Of a DNA stretch of 64,000 nt, positions 48,575-59,377 are shown one piece after another. The stretch is taken from assembly GCA_963756075.1 (NCBI GenBank), contig CAVWMH010000002.1:583422-647421 (forward strand), given 5' to 3'. The stretch's first letter is position 1. Every line of letters begins with the position of its first letter. Below the pieces are notes generated by a model, which had not been told where the DNA came from, made no database searches, and was given only the letters and a program-made list of their open reading frames with translations. A program made the position numbers and the translations under genes. Source of the stretch: Candidatus Dormiibacterota bacterium (GTDB lineage Bacteria > Chloroflexota > Dormibacteria > Aeolococcales > Aeolococcaceae).

Positions 48575-49111
48575 ATGGAACGGCTGCGCTCGCTGATCCG
48601 CGATGTGCCCGACTTTCCCCGGCCCGGGATCGTGTTCAAGGACATCACGTTGTTGCTTGGCGATCGCGTCGCGTTCACGGCAGCCGTGTCAGGGCTCGCT
48701 GAGCCGTATCGCGATGCCGGCGTGGATGTCGTCGCCGGTATCGAGTCGCGCGGATTCATCCTCGGGGGTGCCGTGGCCGATCGCCTCGGTGCAGGTTTCG
48801 CGCTGGTCCGCAAGGAGGGAAGGCTTCCGTCGACGCGGATCTCGCAGGCATACACCCTCGAGTACGGCGAGGCAGTCATCGAGATGCACTCCGACGCGAT
48901 CAAGCCGGGTGAGCGTGTGCTGATCGTCGATGACCTGCTCGCAACGGGTGGGACCGCCGGCGCCGCAGGCGCTCTCGTCGACCGGCTCGGTGGCGACATC
49001 GTGGGATTCGCCTTTTTGATCGAGTTGAGCGCACTCGGGGGATCGGCCGCGCTCGGCGGGCGCCCATACACGGCGCTGCTGCGCACGAACACAGATGGAG
49101 GAATCGCGTGA
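48575..49111 (+). CDS. apt: adenine phosphoribosyltransferase
   Basis: [25 protein letters not shown]... and the PRPP motif [14 protein letters not shown]. The ORF is open from 48479, but homology starts at 48575. Confidence 0.92.
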   Translation: MERLRSLIRDVPDFPRPGIVFKDITLLLGDRVAFTAAVSGLAEPYRDAGVDVVAGIESRGFILGGAVADRLGAGFALVRKEGRLPSTRISQAYTLEYGEAVIEMHSDAIKPGERVLIVDDLLATGGTAGAAGALVDRLGGDIVGFAFLIELSALGGSAALGGRPYTALLRTNTDGGIA

Positions 49112-50388
49112 CCAACGTGCTGAAACTGGCTGAGTCCGATGTCGCCGATCCGGGCCTCGCCGGCGAAGGGCAGCGCCTCATCGACTGGGCGGCGCGCGAG
49201 ATGCCCGTCCTGGGCATCATCCGTGAGCGATTCGCCCGTGAGCGGCCACTCGAGGGTCTGCGTCTCGGCGCCTGTCTTCACGTCACCAGCGAAACAGCAA
49301 ACCTTGCGATCACGCTGAAGGCGGGCGGCGCCCACGTCAGCCTCTGCGCGAGCAATCCGCTGTCGACGCAGGACGCAGTTGCGGCGGCGCTCGCCCGCAA
49401 GCATGGAATCCCCACCTTCGCTGTCAAGGGCGAGGACTCCGCTCGCTACTACTCGCATATTCAGGCTGTTCTCGATGCGCAACCGCAGGTCACCATGGAC
49501 GACGGCGCAGACCTCGTCGCGGAGCTGCACAAGGGCCGGCGCGAGCTGCTCGAGCACGTGATCGCGGGAACCGAGGAGACCACCACCGGAGTCATCAGGC
49601 TTCGCGCCATGGCGCGCGACGGCGCGCTGCGCTTTCCGATCATCGCGGTGAACGAAGCGCTCACGAAGCATCTCTTCGACAACCGGTACGGCACGGGCCA
49701 GAGCACCATCGACGGCTTGATCCGGGCCACCAATGTGCTCCTCGCCGGCAAGACGATGGTTGTGTGCGGCTACGGGTGGTGCGGACGCGGCCTCGCGAGC
49801 CGCGCGATGGGGCTTGGCGCGCACGTGATCGTCACCGAGGTCGACCCGACCCGGGCGCTCGAGGCGGTGATGGACGGATATCGTGTGATGCCCCTCGCTG
49901 AGGCGGCTCCCAGCGCCGACATCGTGATCACCGTGACCGGCGACATCAACGTGATCGACCGCGGCGCCATCGAGCGGTTCAAGGACGGCGCGATCATCGC
50001 CAACAGCGGACATTTCAACGATGAGATCAACCTCGCCGCCATCGACGACATGTCGGTCGAGGTCACGGCGCCTCGAACCTTCGTGCAGTCCCACCGGCTT
50101 CGTGACGGACGCACAGTGCACGTGCTGGCAGAAGGCCGTCTGCTCAACCTCGCGGCTGCTGAAGGTCACCCCGCGGCGGTCATGGACATGAGCTTCGCCA
50201 ACCAGGCGCTGTGCGCGGAGCACATCGCCAAGCACCATCAGGACCTGGCGCTCGCCGTCCACGACGTGCCGCAGGACATCGACCGCGAGGTCGCGCGACT
50301 CAAGCTGCAGGCGATGGGAGTGAGCATCGACACGCTCACCGACGAACAGCAGAAGTATCTCGCCTCCTGGGAATCGGGGACCACCTGA
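49108..50388 (+). CDS. ahcY: adenosylhomocysteinase
   Basis: GTG 49108 (GTGA overlap with apt, GGAGG upstream). Contains ...[11 protein letters not shown]..., ...EETTTGV.RL... and GYGWCGRG. Confidence 0.93.
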   Translation: MTNVLKLAESDVADPGLAGEGQRLIDWAAREMPVLGIIRERFARERPLEGLRLGACLHVTSETANLAITLKAGGAHVSLCASNPLSTQDAVAAALARKHGIPTFAVKGEDSARYYSHIQAVLDAQPQVTMDDGADLVAELHKGRRELLEHVIAGTEETTTGVIRLRAMARDGALRFPIIAVNEALTKHLFDNRYGTGQSTIDGLIRATNVLLAGKTMVVCGYGWCGRGLASRAMGLGAHVIVTEVDPTRALEAVMDGYRVMPLAEAAPSADIVITVTGDINVIDRGAIERFKDGAIIANSGHFNDEINLAAIDDMSVEVTAPRTFVQSHRLRDGRTVHVLAEGRLLNLAAAEGHPAAVMDMSFANQALCAEHIAKHHQDLALAVHDVPQDIDREVARLKLQAMGVSIDTLTDEQQKYLASWESGTT

Positions 50389-50390
50389 CG

Positions 50391-51698
50391 GTGGCCGTGA
50401 ACCTCCCCTACCGCCCCGAGCTCACGGTGCTCGACAACGGGGTCAGCCTGCTCAACGCGCCGTCGGCCAGCCGCAACTCCGGTGTCTTCCTCATCGTGCG
50501 CGCCGGTTCTCGCGACGAGACTGCGGAGACCTCAGGACTCGCGCACTACCTCGAGCACATGTTCTTCAAGGGCACCGAGCGCCGCCCCACCACGAAGATC
50601 ATCTCGCGCGAGATCGATCGGCTGGGCGCCAACACCAACGCATACACCGACACCGAGGAGGTCGCGTATTTCGCGGAGGGGCCGGCGACCGCGATGCTCG
50701 ACCTTGCGGACGTCATCTGCGACATGCTGAGCCGTCCACTCTTCGCAGCCGAGGAGGTCGAGCGCGAGCGCAACGTCGTGCTCCAGGAACTGTCCATGCG
50801 GCTGGCGGATCCCGACGGCTGGATCTGGGACCGTCTCGGAACCGTTGCCTTCGGCGGCGACCAGCCGATGTCGTGGTCTGCGGCGGGATTTCCCGCGGTC
50901 ATCGAGAAGGCGACGCGTGAGCAGCTCACGGGGTACCACCGCGCGTTCTACGCGCCGGAGTCGATGTGTCTGGTCATCGCCGGAGGCGCGACGCTCAACC
51001 AGGATCAGGCGCTGGAGCTGCTCGCGGACATCCCGCAAGGAAAGCCACGGCCCCGCACAAAGGCGAGGTGGGGCCTGGGTGATCGCTACACCGCGAACGT
51101 GCGGCCGGTGACCGCCCAGGAGGAGCCGCAACTGCACATGGTGTTCGCGGTCCCGGGCATCCCGGCGACCGATCCGCGACGCACCCAGCTCTCGGTCATG
51201 ACCCACGTCCTCGGTGGCGGCATGTCATCCCGCCTGTTCCAGACGGTTCGGGAGCGCAACGGTCTCTGCTACAGCATCTACGCGCACCATGCGGGATTCG
51301 ACGATACCGGGCTTTTCGCGATCGCCACGGCGACCCGCCCCAAGGACGCGCGCAAGGCCACGAGCCTGGCCTTCAAGGAGTTCCGCAAGATGGCCTCGAA
51401 GCGCGTCGCCGCCGACGAGCTGGCCGCGGCGAAATCCGCCATGGTCGGCCGCTTGCTGCGTTCGACGGAGACAGCGATTGCAAGCGCGCGTTTCTATGGC
51501 AGCCGATGGCGCGCCGGATTGCCGCTCGAGACACCGGACGATCGCGCCGAAGCGATCATGCAGGTGACCGCGGAGCAGGTGCAGTCTGTCGCCGAGCTGA
51601 TCGCCGGCGGTATCGGTGACGTGCGCATGGCGCTGGTCGGACCGTCCGACCAGGGCGACGAACTGCTCTCCGCCATCGAGTCGACCGCGCCCAGCTGA
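50391..51698 (+). CDS. M16 family (pitrilysin-like) zinc peptidase
   Basis: HXXEH motif in GLAHYLEHMFFKGT. About 435 aa from the GTG just after the ahcY stop. Confidence 0.85.
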   Translation: MAVNLPYRPELTVLDNGVSLLNAPSASRNSGVFLIVRAGSRDETAETSGLAHYLEHMFFKGTERRPTTKIISREIDRLGANTNAYTDTEEVAYFAEGPATAMLDLADVICDMLSRPLFAAEEVERERNVVLQELSMRLADPDGWIWDRLGTVAFGGDQPMSWSAAGFPAVIEKATREQLTGYHRAFYAPESMCLVIAGGATLNQDQALELLADIPQGKPRPRTKARWGLGDRYTANVRPVTAQEEPQLHMVFAVPGIPATDPRRTQLSVMTHVLGGGMSSRLFQTVRERNGLCYSIYAHHAGFDDTGLFAIATATRPKDARKATSLAFKEFRKMASKRVAADELAAAKSAMVGRLLRSTETAIASARFYGSRWRAGLPLETPDDRAEAIMQVTAEQVQSVAELIAGGIGDVRMALVGPSDQGDELLSAIESTAPS

Positions 51699-51711
51699 CG
51701 TCGCGCTTCTT

Positions 51712-52836
51712 TCAGGAAATGAGCAGCGCGCGCTCGAGGCTTTCGGCGACGCGCCGGAGATCATCCCGGCTCAGTCCCGGGTGGACGGGCAGCGACAGAC
51801 AGCGCGATGTGCAATCGCGTGCGACGGGCGTGTCATCGCGATGCACGCCGGGGTGGGACCGGTAGGCGTCGTGATCCCAGACCAGGCCTGGGTAGTACAC
51901 GCCGGTGTCGATCCCGTCTGACGACATCGACGTGGCGACTCGATCGCGATCAATCCCGTGCTCGAGCAGCACCGTGTACTGATGCCAGACGTGGCGTCGA
52001 CCGGCGGGCACTGTTGGAGTGGCGACCGCGGGGTGCGGGTGCAGCAGGGACGTCAGCACCGTGGCGTTGTCCTGCCGTGCCCTGATGATCTCGTCCAGAT
52101 GCTCCATCTGGGGAATGGCAATCGCCGCCGCCACGTCGGTCATCCGCCAGTTCTGGCCGATCATGGCATAATCATAACGAGAGCGCATTCCCTGGTTCCG
52201 GATGACCCGGAGTCGCTCGGCGAGCATGGAATCGTCAGTGGTGACGCACCCACCCTCACCGCTGGTGACGTTCTTGGTGGCATAGAACGAGAAGCACCCG
52301 AGACCAAAGCTCCCCGCGGCGCGGCCGTCGACCGACGCGGCGTGCGCCTGTGCCGCGTCCTCGACCACCGCGAGCCCGTGCGCAGCGGCGAGCGACATGA
52401 GCGGGGACATGTCGCAGGGGAGCCCGTACAGGTGCACCGGCATGATCGCCGTGGTTGCGGGCCCGATGAGCGCCGCGACTGACGCGGGATCGATCGTGAA
52501 GTCGTCACGGATGTCGGCGAAACGCACCGATGCCCCGCTGCGGAGGATTGCGTTGATGGTCGCCGCGAAGGTGAACGGAGAGGTGATCACCTCCTGGCCG
52601 GGGCCGATATCGAGCACGGCGAGTGCCGCATCGAGCGCCACGGTCCCATTGGCAAGCGCCACCGCATGAGCGGTGCCGGCCATCGCCGTGCAGAGCGCCT
52701 CGAATCGCTCCACCATAGGTCCCTGCGCCAGATGGCCGCTGCGCAGCACCGAGAGGACGAGGTTCTCGACGTCCAGGCCGAGCTGGGGTGCGGAGATGCG
52801 GATGCGTGGCGGCGCCGGCGCCTGCGTGACCGTCAC
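51712..52836 (-). CDS. DegT/DnrJ/EryC1/StrS family sugar aminotransferase
   Basis: 374 aa with the PLP-lysine region FSFYATKNVTSGEGG. 4-nt overlap with the upstream GT2 gene. Confidence 0.9.
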   Translation of the reverse strand: MTVTQAPAPPRIRISAPQLGLDVENLVLSVLRSGHLAQGPMVERFEALCTAMAGTAHAVALANGTVALDAALAVLDIGPGQEVITSPFTFAATINAILRSGASVRFADIRDDFTIDPASVAALIGPATTAIMPVHLYGLPCDMSPLMSLAAAHGLAVVEDAAQAHAASVDGRAAGSFGLGCFSFYATKNVTSGEGGCVTTDDSMLAERLRVIRNQGMRSRYDYAMIGQNWRMTDVAAAIAIPQMEHLDEIIRARQDNATVLTSLLHPHPAVATPTVPAGRRHVWHQYTVLLEHGIDRDRVATSMSSDGIDTGVYYPGLVWDHDAYRSHPGVHRDDTPVARDCTSRCLSLPVHPGLSRDDLRRVAESLERALLIS

Positions 52837-53580
52837 GACGCGCTCACCTCGCCGGCGTGGCGGACGGGACGCTGCTCGTCAGCGAGTTGCCGGCGCAGGG
52901 CGAGCAGGCCCACGGCCATGGACACTGAATCGCGGAAGGGGGAAACCGTGGATCGCCCCGACGCGGTGTAGACGACCGGGACCTCCACCGGTGTGACGCC
53001 CGCATGGACCGCCCACAGGTTGATCTCAGCGCCGATCAGGTAGTCACCGGCGTGCAGGCGGGGGAGCAGCATCTGCGCCAGCGAGCGCTGGATGAGCACC
53101 GATCCCTGCGTGTCGATGTTCAGTCCGATCAGGCCGGCGCGGAGCAGACCGAACCCTGACGACATTGCGCGCCGGACCACCGGCGTCTCGATCTGCAACT
53201 CCCGATGCGTTTTCGAACCCATCACCAGCAGCGGGCGGGGGCTCAGTCCGAGGTAGCCGTCGAGATCCGTGAACCCAAAGGGCAGGTCTGCCGCCGTGAG
53301 GACGAACGTGTCGCCGCGGGCAAGCGCCATGCCCCGGCGCCATGCATAGCCCATGCCCTTGGCCGAGGTGGTCACCCGAAGCGCCACCTCCTCGCTGCCG
53401 TATGTCGCAGCCGAGCTGGAGGCAGAGTGGGCCCGACCCGTCAGTCGACCCGTTCTCCACGAGGATGATCTCCGACCCGGGCAGGTGGCCGAGGCGGGCG
53501 ATCAGCAGCCGCACCGTCCTCCGAAGCTCCGCGATCTGGTTGTGGACTGGAATCACGTAGCTGACGCTCGGTTCGGTCAT
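52833..53580 (-). pseudogene. family-2 glycosyltransferase (polyprenyl-phosphate sugar transferase-like), single +1 frame break at about 53405-53418
   Basis: Frame A reads MTEPSVSYVIPVHNQIAELRRTV...IILVENGSTDGSGPLCLQL. Frame B continues AATYGSEEVALRVTTSAKGMGYAWRRGMALARGDTFVLTAADLPF... to 52833. Confidence 0.82.
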
Positions 53581-54536
53581 GAGGCGGCCTCGATGGTCGA
53601 CGCGATTTCATGCGCCGGGAGGATCGAATTGCGCTCGGTGCACGCGTCGGCGCGTCCGGAGACGAGGTCGAGGAAGTGCGCGAACTGCAGTGCCAGCGGT
53701 TCGCCGGTGTGGCGGACAAACGGGATGTCGATCACCGTCTCGGCGCGATACCCCGCCGCCTGGCCGGCGCCGACGCCCTGCGCGTGGGCCCGATGCCGGT
53801 AGACGGTCAGGTCCTGGCGGAGCAGGTCGACGTCGTAGAGCGCAGTCGACGTGGCGACGAGCTGCGAGCGCACCTTGCGCTGGCTCGCCCGGCTCGCCGA
53901 GAGCGTCGCGATCGCACCACGTGGGAACTGCAGGAGGCAATCGGCCACCTCCAGGATGGAATCGCGGCCGGCATTGCTGGTCGCCCCACACACGCGAGAG
54001 GGTCGTGCCCCACCCATGTAGCAGAGGGCAAGGTCGATCTCATGGATGAGCAGGTCGAAGACGACACTCAGGGTGCTTCGAGGCGTCTCCGGAGAGTGAC
54101 GGAGTCCGACGATGTGCACCGGTTCCTCGTCGAGCAGGCTGCGCATGGTGGCGACCACCGGGTTGAACCGCTCGACGAAGCCGCACATCAGGGGCACGCC
54201 TCGGCGCTCCGCACAGGCGACGAGTGCGCGGCTGGTCTCGAGGTCCGGCGTTACCGGCTTCTCGACGAGGATCGGCTTGCCAAGCTCGAGCAGCACCCGC
54301 GCCGCCTCCGCATGGAACGCCGTCGGAGTGGCGATGACCGCCGCGTCGCACCCGGTGGCGGCGTCGAGATCCTCGGCAAACGTGCAGCCCAGCCGCTCGG
54401 CGAGCGGTCGTACCCGCTCGGGGTCGGTGTCGATGATGACCGCGAGGTCGGCGCCTTCAGACTCCGCGATGACGCGCGCGTGGTTGGCCCCCATCGCCCC
54501 GGCTCCGACCAGCGCAATGCGGGCACGAGCACCCAT
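53577..54536 (-). CDS. Gfo/Idh/MocA family NAD(P)-dependent oxidoreductase
   Basis: N-terminal Rossmann motif IALVGAGAMGANHARV; 319 aa. 4-nt overlap with the GT2 gene. Confidence 0.85.
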   Translation of the reverse strand: MGARARIALVGAGAMGANHARVIAESEGADLAVIIDTDPERVRPLAERLGCTFAEDLDAATGCDAAVIATPTAFHAEAARVLLELGKPILVEKPVTPDLETSRALVACAERRGVPLMCGFVERFNPVVATMRSLLDEEPVHIVGLRHSPETPRSTLSVVFDLLIHEIDLALCYMGGARPSRVCGATSNAGRDSILEVADCLLQFPRGAIATLSASRASQRKVRSQLVATSTALYDVDLLRQDLTVYRHRAHAQGVGAGQAAGYRAETVIDIPFVRHTGEPLALQFAHFLDLVSGRADACTERNSILPAHEIASTIEAAS

Positions 54537-54546
54537 TGGCGCAGTC

Positions 54547-55860
54547 TCAGCCGGGCGGACCCCCCAGATCGTAAATTCGCAGGTCCGTTTCGATAGCGCC
54601 GCGCGCTCGCAACAGAGGGAGGAGCAGCGCGGCCATCACCGCAGAGGACGCGATGGCGCCGCAGAGGAGCCCGAGCTCGACGCGAAGGAAAAGCGATGAG
54701 CCGATCGCGGTCACGACAAAGAAGACGATCGCACCGGAGGTCCACCCCAATGCGACCCGGCTGTACCCGGACAGCGAGATCAGGACGTAGCCGAAGATCT
54801 GGGTGAAGATGAAGCCGATGGCGCTCGCCGAGAGCAGTGCGAAGTCGAGGTCGCTGAGCTCGAACCCGTGCCCGAAGAGGATGCGGGTCACCGTTGGCCC
54901 GAGAAACGTGAACCCGGCGATGGCCACCGCCCCGAGACCCGCCATGAGCAGGAGCAGACGATTCAGCAGGGCCTGAAACTCCTGATGCCGGCCGCCGGTG
55001 GCGAGCGTGGAGAGCTTGGGCAGGAGCGCTGACTGGACTGCCTGGAAGAGGAAGATCGGGACGTAGGCGACGATGCGGCTCAGCTGGAATCTGCCGGCCG
55101 CGGTTTGCTCCGCCGGGGTGGCGAGCAGCTGGACGGCCACGGCGCCCACGCTGAGCAGCAGCTGCGTGAACACCGACGCGATGAGCAGAAATCCGAGCGC
55201 GTGGGTGATCTCGCCCCAGGGCGCCGGAGGACCGGGACGCAGCAGCCCGCGCCGGCCGACGGTCGCAAGTGCGATCGCGGCGAACGACGCGACGATGAGC
55301 GAGATCCCGTAGGGACCGGCGGTCTTGACCCCGATCACGGCGAGGAAGGCGGCGAACGCAACCCGGAGCGCGCCTTCGCCTCCCAGCAGGACACCGTAGG
55401 CGCCGAAGCGCGCGTTGCCCGCGAGCGCGCCCCTGGCGAGGAACTCGCAGAGGTACGCCGCGAACCCGCCGACCAGTCCGGCCAGCAGCGCGGGGTCGCC
55501 CTTGAACACGCGCTGGTCGAGGGGGCTCGCGAACACCAGCGTGACCACGATCAGGACCACCGCCAGGACGCCCCCGAGCATCGCCGCGCGCATGAAGACC
55601 GGGCGTCCGCCCTGCCCGCGCACACGTCGTGCGGCGATGGCTCTCCCGGTCTCCTGCTCGAGGGGCAGGAAGAACCCCGGACCGCACACGAAGAGCAATG
55701 CCCAGAACACCGACAGCGGCGCGAAGCGAGCGGTGCCGAGCGCACGCGCCGCGACGACGAGGAAGCCGTACTGCATCAGCCCGGCGAGCCCGAGGCCGAT
55801 TGCCACCGGGATGGTGCCCGCCGGCAACGGCAGCGCGCGCACCCGATCGAGGAGCTTCAT
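54547..55860 (-). CDS. polysaccharide biosynthesis / oligosaccharide flippase (Wzx-like MOP family) membrane protein
   Basis: About 437 aa from ATG 55860 (MKLLDRVRALPLP...) with 12 or more hydrophobic spans. The upstream 74 codons of the ORF track are R/P-rich and overlap gdh. Confidence 0.7.
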   Translation of the reverse strand: MKLLDRVRALPLPAGTIPVAIGLGLAGLMQYGFLVVAARALGTARFAPLSVFWALLFVCGPGFFLPLEQETGRAIAARRVRGQGGRPVFMRAAMLGGVLAVVLIVVTLVFASPLDQRVFKGDPALLAGLVGGFAAYLCEFLARGALAGNARFGAYGVLLGGEGALRVAFAAFLAVIGVKTAGPYGISLIVASFAAIALATVGRRGLLRPGPPAPWGEITHALGFLLIASVFTQLLLSVGAVAVQLLATPAEQTAAGRFQLSRIVAYVPIFLFQAVQSALLPKLSTLATGGRHQEFQALLNRLLLLMAGLGAVAIAGFTFLGPTVTRILFGHGFELSDLDFALLSASAIGFIFTQIFGYVLISLSGYSRVALGWTSGAIVFFVVTAIGSSLFLRVELGLLCGAIASSAVMAALLLPLLRARGAIETDLRIYDLGGPPG

Positions 55861-55886
55861 GACCAGGCCGGTGGCGGGGGACGCGC

Positions 55887-57161
55887 TTACGGGTAGATGC
55901 CCCGCACCGCCGTGGCGTCGGCGACGCGTTTGACAGCGACGAGGTAGGCGCCGAGGCGCAGCGACACGTGATGGCGATCGGCCTGGTCGCACATCTGGGT
56001 GAAGGCCTTCTGCAGGATCTTCTTGAGGCGGACGTTGATCTCGTCCTCTTCCCAGAAGAGTGACTGGAGGTCCTGGACCCATTCGAAGTACGACACGGTC
56101 ACCCCACCCGAGTTGGCGAGGATGTCGGGCACGACCGTGATGCCGCGACGTTCGAGGATGGTGTCCGCGTCAGGCGTCGTCGGCCCGTTGGCGCCCTCGA
56201 CGATCAGCCGCGCCTGGATCCTTCCGGCGTTGCGCGCGGTGATCTGATTCTCCATCGCCGCGGGTACGAGGACATCGACCTCGAGCTCGAGCAGCTGGGT
56301 ATTGGTGACGGGCTCGCACCCTGGAAAGCCGTTGACGCCGCCGTGCTGCTGCCGGTAGGCGAGCAGCGTTGGAATGTCGAGTCCCTCACGTGAGTAGACA
56401 CCGCCGGTCACGTCGGCAACAGCGCAGATGGTGAATCCCAACTCGTGCATGAGCTGGCATGCCCAGCTGCCGACGTTCCCGAAGCCCTGGACCGCCACGG
56501 TGGTCTGCGACGGCTCCATGCCGAGGCGTTTGCACGCCTCGATGGCAACGATGTTCACGCCGCGCCCGGTGGCGCTCGGACGTCCCTCGCTCCCGCCGAT
56601 CTCCAGCGGTTTGCCGGTCACCGAGGCGGGGACGGAGTAGCCGGCCTGCATGGAGAGCGTGTCCATGATCCAGGCCATGATCTCGGCATTCGTGTTGACG
56701 TCCGGGGCGGGGATGTCCGACTCGGGTCCGACCAGCACGCTGATCTCGGCGGCGAACCTCCTGGTCAGGCGTTCAAGCTCGCGGTGGCTGAGGGTGGAGG
56801 GGTCCACGGCGACGCCACCCTTGGCACCGCCGTAGGGCAGGTTGGCGAGCGCGCACTTCCAGGTCATCCACATCGCGAGTGCCTTGACCTCGTCGATGTC
56901 GGTCGCCGGATGGAACCGCAGGCCGCCCTTGGCCGGTCCGCGGGTCACGTTGTGCTGAACCCGGTATCCCTCGAACATCCGGACACTGCCGTCGTCCATC
57001 TTCACCGGGAAGCGGACGACGAGCTCCCGTCGAACCTCACGCAGCACAGCGCGCAACCCCGGTGAGAGATTGAGGATCTCGGCGGCGTTGTCGAACTGGC
57101 GCTGTGCGTTCAGCCAGGGAGAGTCCACCACCGCCGGCGCGGCAAGAGTGCTCACGGTCAC
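55887..57161 (-). CDS. gdh: NAD(P)-specific glutamate dehydrogenase
   Basis: 424 aa with LPYGGAKGGV and QGFGNVGS motifs. Confidence 0.93.
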   Translation of the reverse strand: MTVSTLAAPAVVDSPWLNAQRQFDNAAEILNLSPGLRAVLREVRRELVVRFPVKMDDGSVRMFEGYRVQHNVTRGPAKGGLRFHPATDIDEVKALAMWMTWKCALANLPYGGAKGGVAVDPSTLSHRELERLTRRFAAEISVLVGPESDIPAPDVNTNAEIMAWIMDTLSMQAGYSVPASVTGKPLEIGGSEGRPSATGRGVNIVAIEACKRLGMEPSQTTVAVQGFGNVGSWACQLMHELGFTICAVADVTGGVYSREGLDIPTLLAYRQQHGGVNGFPGCEPVTNTQLLELEVDVLVPAAMENQITARNAGRIQARLIVEGANGPTTPDADTILERRGITVVPDILANSGGVTVSYFEWVQDLQSLFWEEDEINVRLKKILQKAFTQMCDQADRHHVSLRLGAYLVAVKRVADATAVRGIYP

Positions 57162-57232
57162 GAGCCTAGCAGGCTCACCGGCGCGTGGACGCTGCCGCTG
57201 AGCGCGCCACCGTCGTCTCTATACTGCCGCGA

Positions 57233-57550
57233 ATGCCGGAGAACTCCGAGGTCGCCCCGAAGGCAGTCAGCGAAGCGCTCGCGTCGGGCGACGCGCTGCT
57301 CATCGACGTTCGCGAGAAGTCCGAGTACGACGAGCTCCACATTCCCGGGTCGGTGCTGATTCCGCTCGGCGAGCTCCCCGCTCGTCTCGCGGAGGTCCCC
57401 GCCGACCGCGACGTCTACCTGCACTGCCGGATGGGCGGGCGCAGCGCCCGCGCCGTCGATTACCTGCGCACGTTCGGGCGACCGAACTCCTACAACCTGA
57501 CCGGCGGGATCGAAGCCTGGGAGGAGGCCGGCCTCCCCGTGGAGCGCTGA
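57233..57550 (+). CDS. rhodanese-like sulfurtransferase domain protein
   Basis: About 105 aa with the active-site loop LHCRMGGRSA. Confidence 0.82.
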   Translation: MPENSEVAPKAVSEALASGDALLIDVREKSEYDELHIPGSVLIPLGELPARLAEVPADRDVYLHCRMGGRSARAVDYLRTFGRPNSYNLTGGIEAWEEAGLPVER

Positions 57551-57572
57551 CTTCGGGGCTGACGGCGACAGC

Positions 57573-58560
57573 ATGCGAACCACAACGCTCGGACGTGACG
57601 GCCCGGCGGTCGGCGTGATCGGGCTTGGGTGCATGGGCATGACGGCGTCGTATGACCTGCAGCAGCCCTCGCGACGACGACACCTCGATTGCGGTGATCC
57701 ACCAGGCACTCGACCTCGGCATGACGCTCATCGATACGGCCGATGCGTACGGGCCTTTCACCAACGAGGAGCTGGTCGGGCGAGCACTGGCGGGCGGCTA
57801 TCGCGAGCGCGCTGTGCTGGCCACCAAAGTCGGTCTGGTCATGGGCGACATCGGCGCGAATCCGGCACGGGGTACCGCATCTCCGGGAGCCGGTCGCAAC
57901 GGCCGCCCCGAGCACGTGCGCGAGTTGATCGACGGCAGCCTGCGACGGCTTGGCGCCGAGTATGTCGACCTCTACCAGCTCCACCGGGTGGACCCGAACG
58001 TGCCGCTGGAGGAGACCTGGGGCGCGATGGCGGAAACCGTCGCGGCGGGCAAGGCGCGGCACATCGGCCTCTCCGAGGTATCGGTGGCCGAGATCAAACA
58101 AGCGCAGGCGGTGCACCCAGTGACGTCGGTGCAGTCCGAGCTGTCGCTGTGGACTCGTGACGTGCTGGCGGAGGTGCTGCCCTACTGCAAGGAGCAGGGC
58201 ATCGCCCTGATCCCGTTTTCCCCGCTCGGTCGGGGCTTCCTCGTGGGGCGGTTCTCATCATTCGACGACCTGCCTCAGGACGATTTCCGGCGTCAGCTCC
58301 CCCGCTTTCAAGTGGACGCGCTGCGCGCCAACCTGGCCATCGTCGGCGGGGTGCGCGAGGTCGCCGATCGAACGGGGGCGAGCCCGGCCCAGGTGGCGCT
58401 GGCGTGGGTGCTGGCTCAGGGACCGCAGGTGGTGCCGATCCCCGGGACCAAGACGCCGAGGTACCTGGCGGACAACGCCGCCGCGGCGACCGTCGAGCTG
58501 AGCGCGGCGGACCTCGCCGAGCTCGACGCGCTCCCGGAACCCGAGGGAACCCGCTACTGA
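57573..58560 (+). pseudogene. aldo/keto reductase, single +1 frame break at about 57660-57675
   Basis: Frame A reads MRTTTLGRDGPAVGVIGLGCMGMTASYDLQQP. Frame B continues RDDDTSIAVIHQALDLGMTLIDTADAYGPFTNEELVGRAL...VDLYQLHRVD... to 58560. Confidence 0.85.
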
Positions 58561-58577
58561 CCTCACCGGCGATGCGC

Positions 58578-59288
58578 TCAGAGGACGGCGAATACCGTGG
58601 AACCCACGAGGTCACCCCTGTAGGTGATCGTCACGGAGTAGTTGCCGGGTGCGAAGCCGCCTCCGGGGGGAGTCAGCGGGATGACGGTCGCACCCGTTGG
58701 GCTCAAGACGTAGTCGTTCTGAATGATGGTCTGAGCCGTCTGCCCCAGGGCCACGACGACGTGGACCGGAGCCTGGCCGGCTGCCCCACCCGAGTTCACC
58801 TCGATGTCGACCACTGACGTCCGTGCGGGGAACGACACCTGGGTGGCCGGTGCGGCGCTCCCGGCAGCGGGTGCCGAGGCGACCGGACGGACGCCGGTGA
58901 GGGATATCTCACCTCTGGCCGGTGACGGCGTGTGTACTGAAGCGCCACCCTGGAGGAGACGGACCGCGATCGCGGCGATCAGGGCGAGGCCGACGAGGCT
59001 CGATCCGAAGATCGCGACGGGTGTTCTCGAGAGATGGTGTTCCGGCGGGGGTGGGGGCTCTGGTGGTCGCAGGGGGAGCGACGCCTGCGCCGGTGGGACG
59101 ACCGGAGCAAGAACCGGCTCCATCGCGGCGGCGAGCGTCCACGGACGTCCGATCGATTCGGGTGCGGGCGGTTGTGGCGGGGGTGCTTTGGCCTGGGTCA
59201 CCGGGGGACCGAGACGCGCCGCCACGTCGACAACGCCGTCGATGGCGCTGGCGAGACGGCCGCGCAGGAGCGAGCGCTGATCAGGCAT
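58578..59288 (-). CDS. hypothetical single-pass membrane protein (Pro-rich cytoplasmic part, one TM, about 100-aa beta-rich external domain)
   Basis: ...PPEPPPPPEHH...VAIFGSSLVGLALIAAIAV... then ...VVDIEVNSGGAAGQAPVHVVVALGQ...GNYSVTITYRGDLVGSTVFAVL*. No family recognised. Confidence 0.5.
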   Translation of the reverse strand: MPDQRSLLRGRLASAIDGVVDVAARLGPPVTQAKAPPPQPPAPESIGRPWTLAAAMEPVLAPVVPPAQASLPLRPPEPPPPPEHHLSRTPVAIFGSSLVGLALIAAIAVRLLQGGASVHTPSPARGEISLTGVRPVASAPAAGSAAPATQVSFPARTSVVDIEVNSGGAAGQAPVHVVVALGQTAQTIIQNDYVLSPTGATVIPLTPPGGGFAPGNYSVTITYRGDLVGSTVFAVL

Positions 59289-59377
59289 CGCTCACTCGAG
59301 CGCCAGTGCAATAGACCGAGGGTGCGCTGACCATCCGAGGGTCAAACTAGCAGAGCCAAATCGAATTCGAACCCGGT

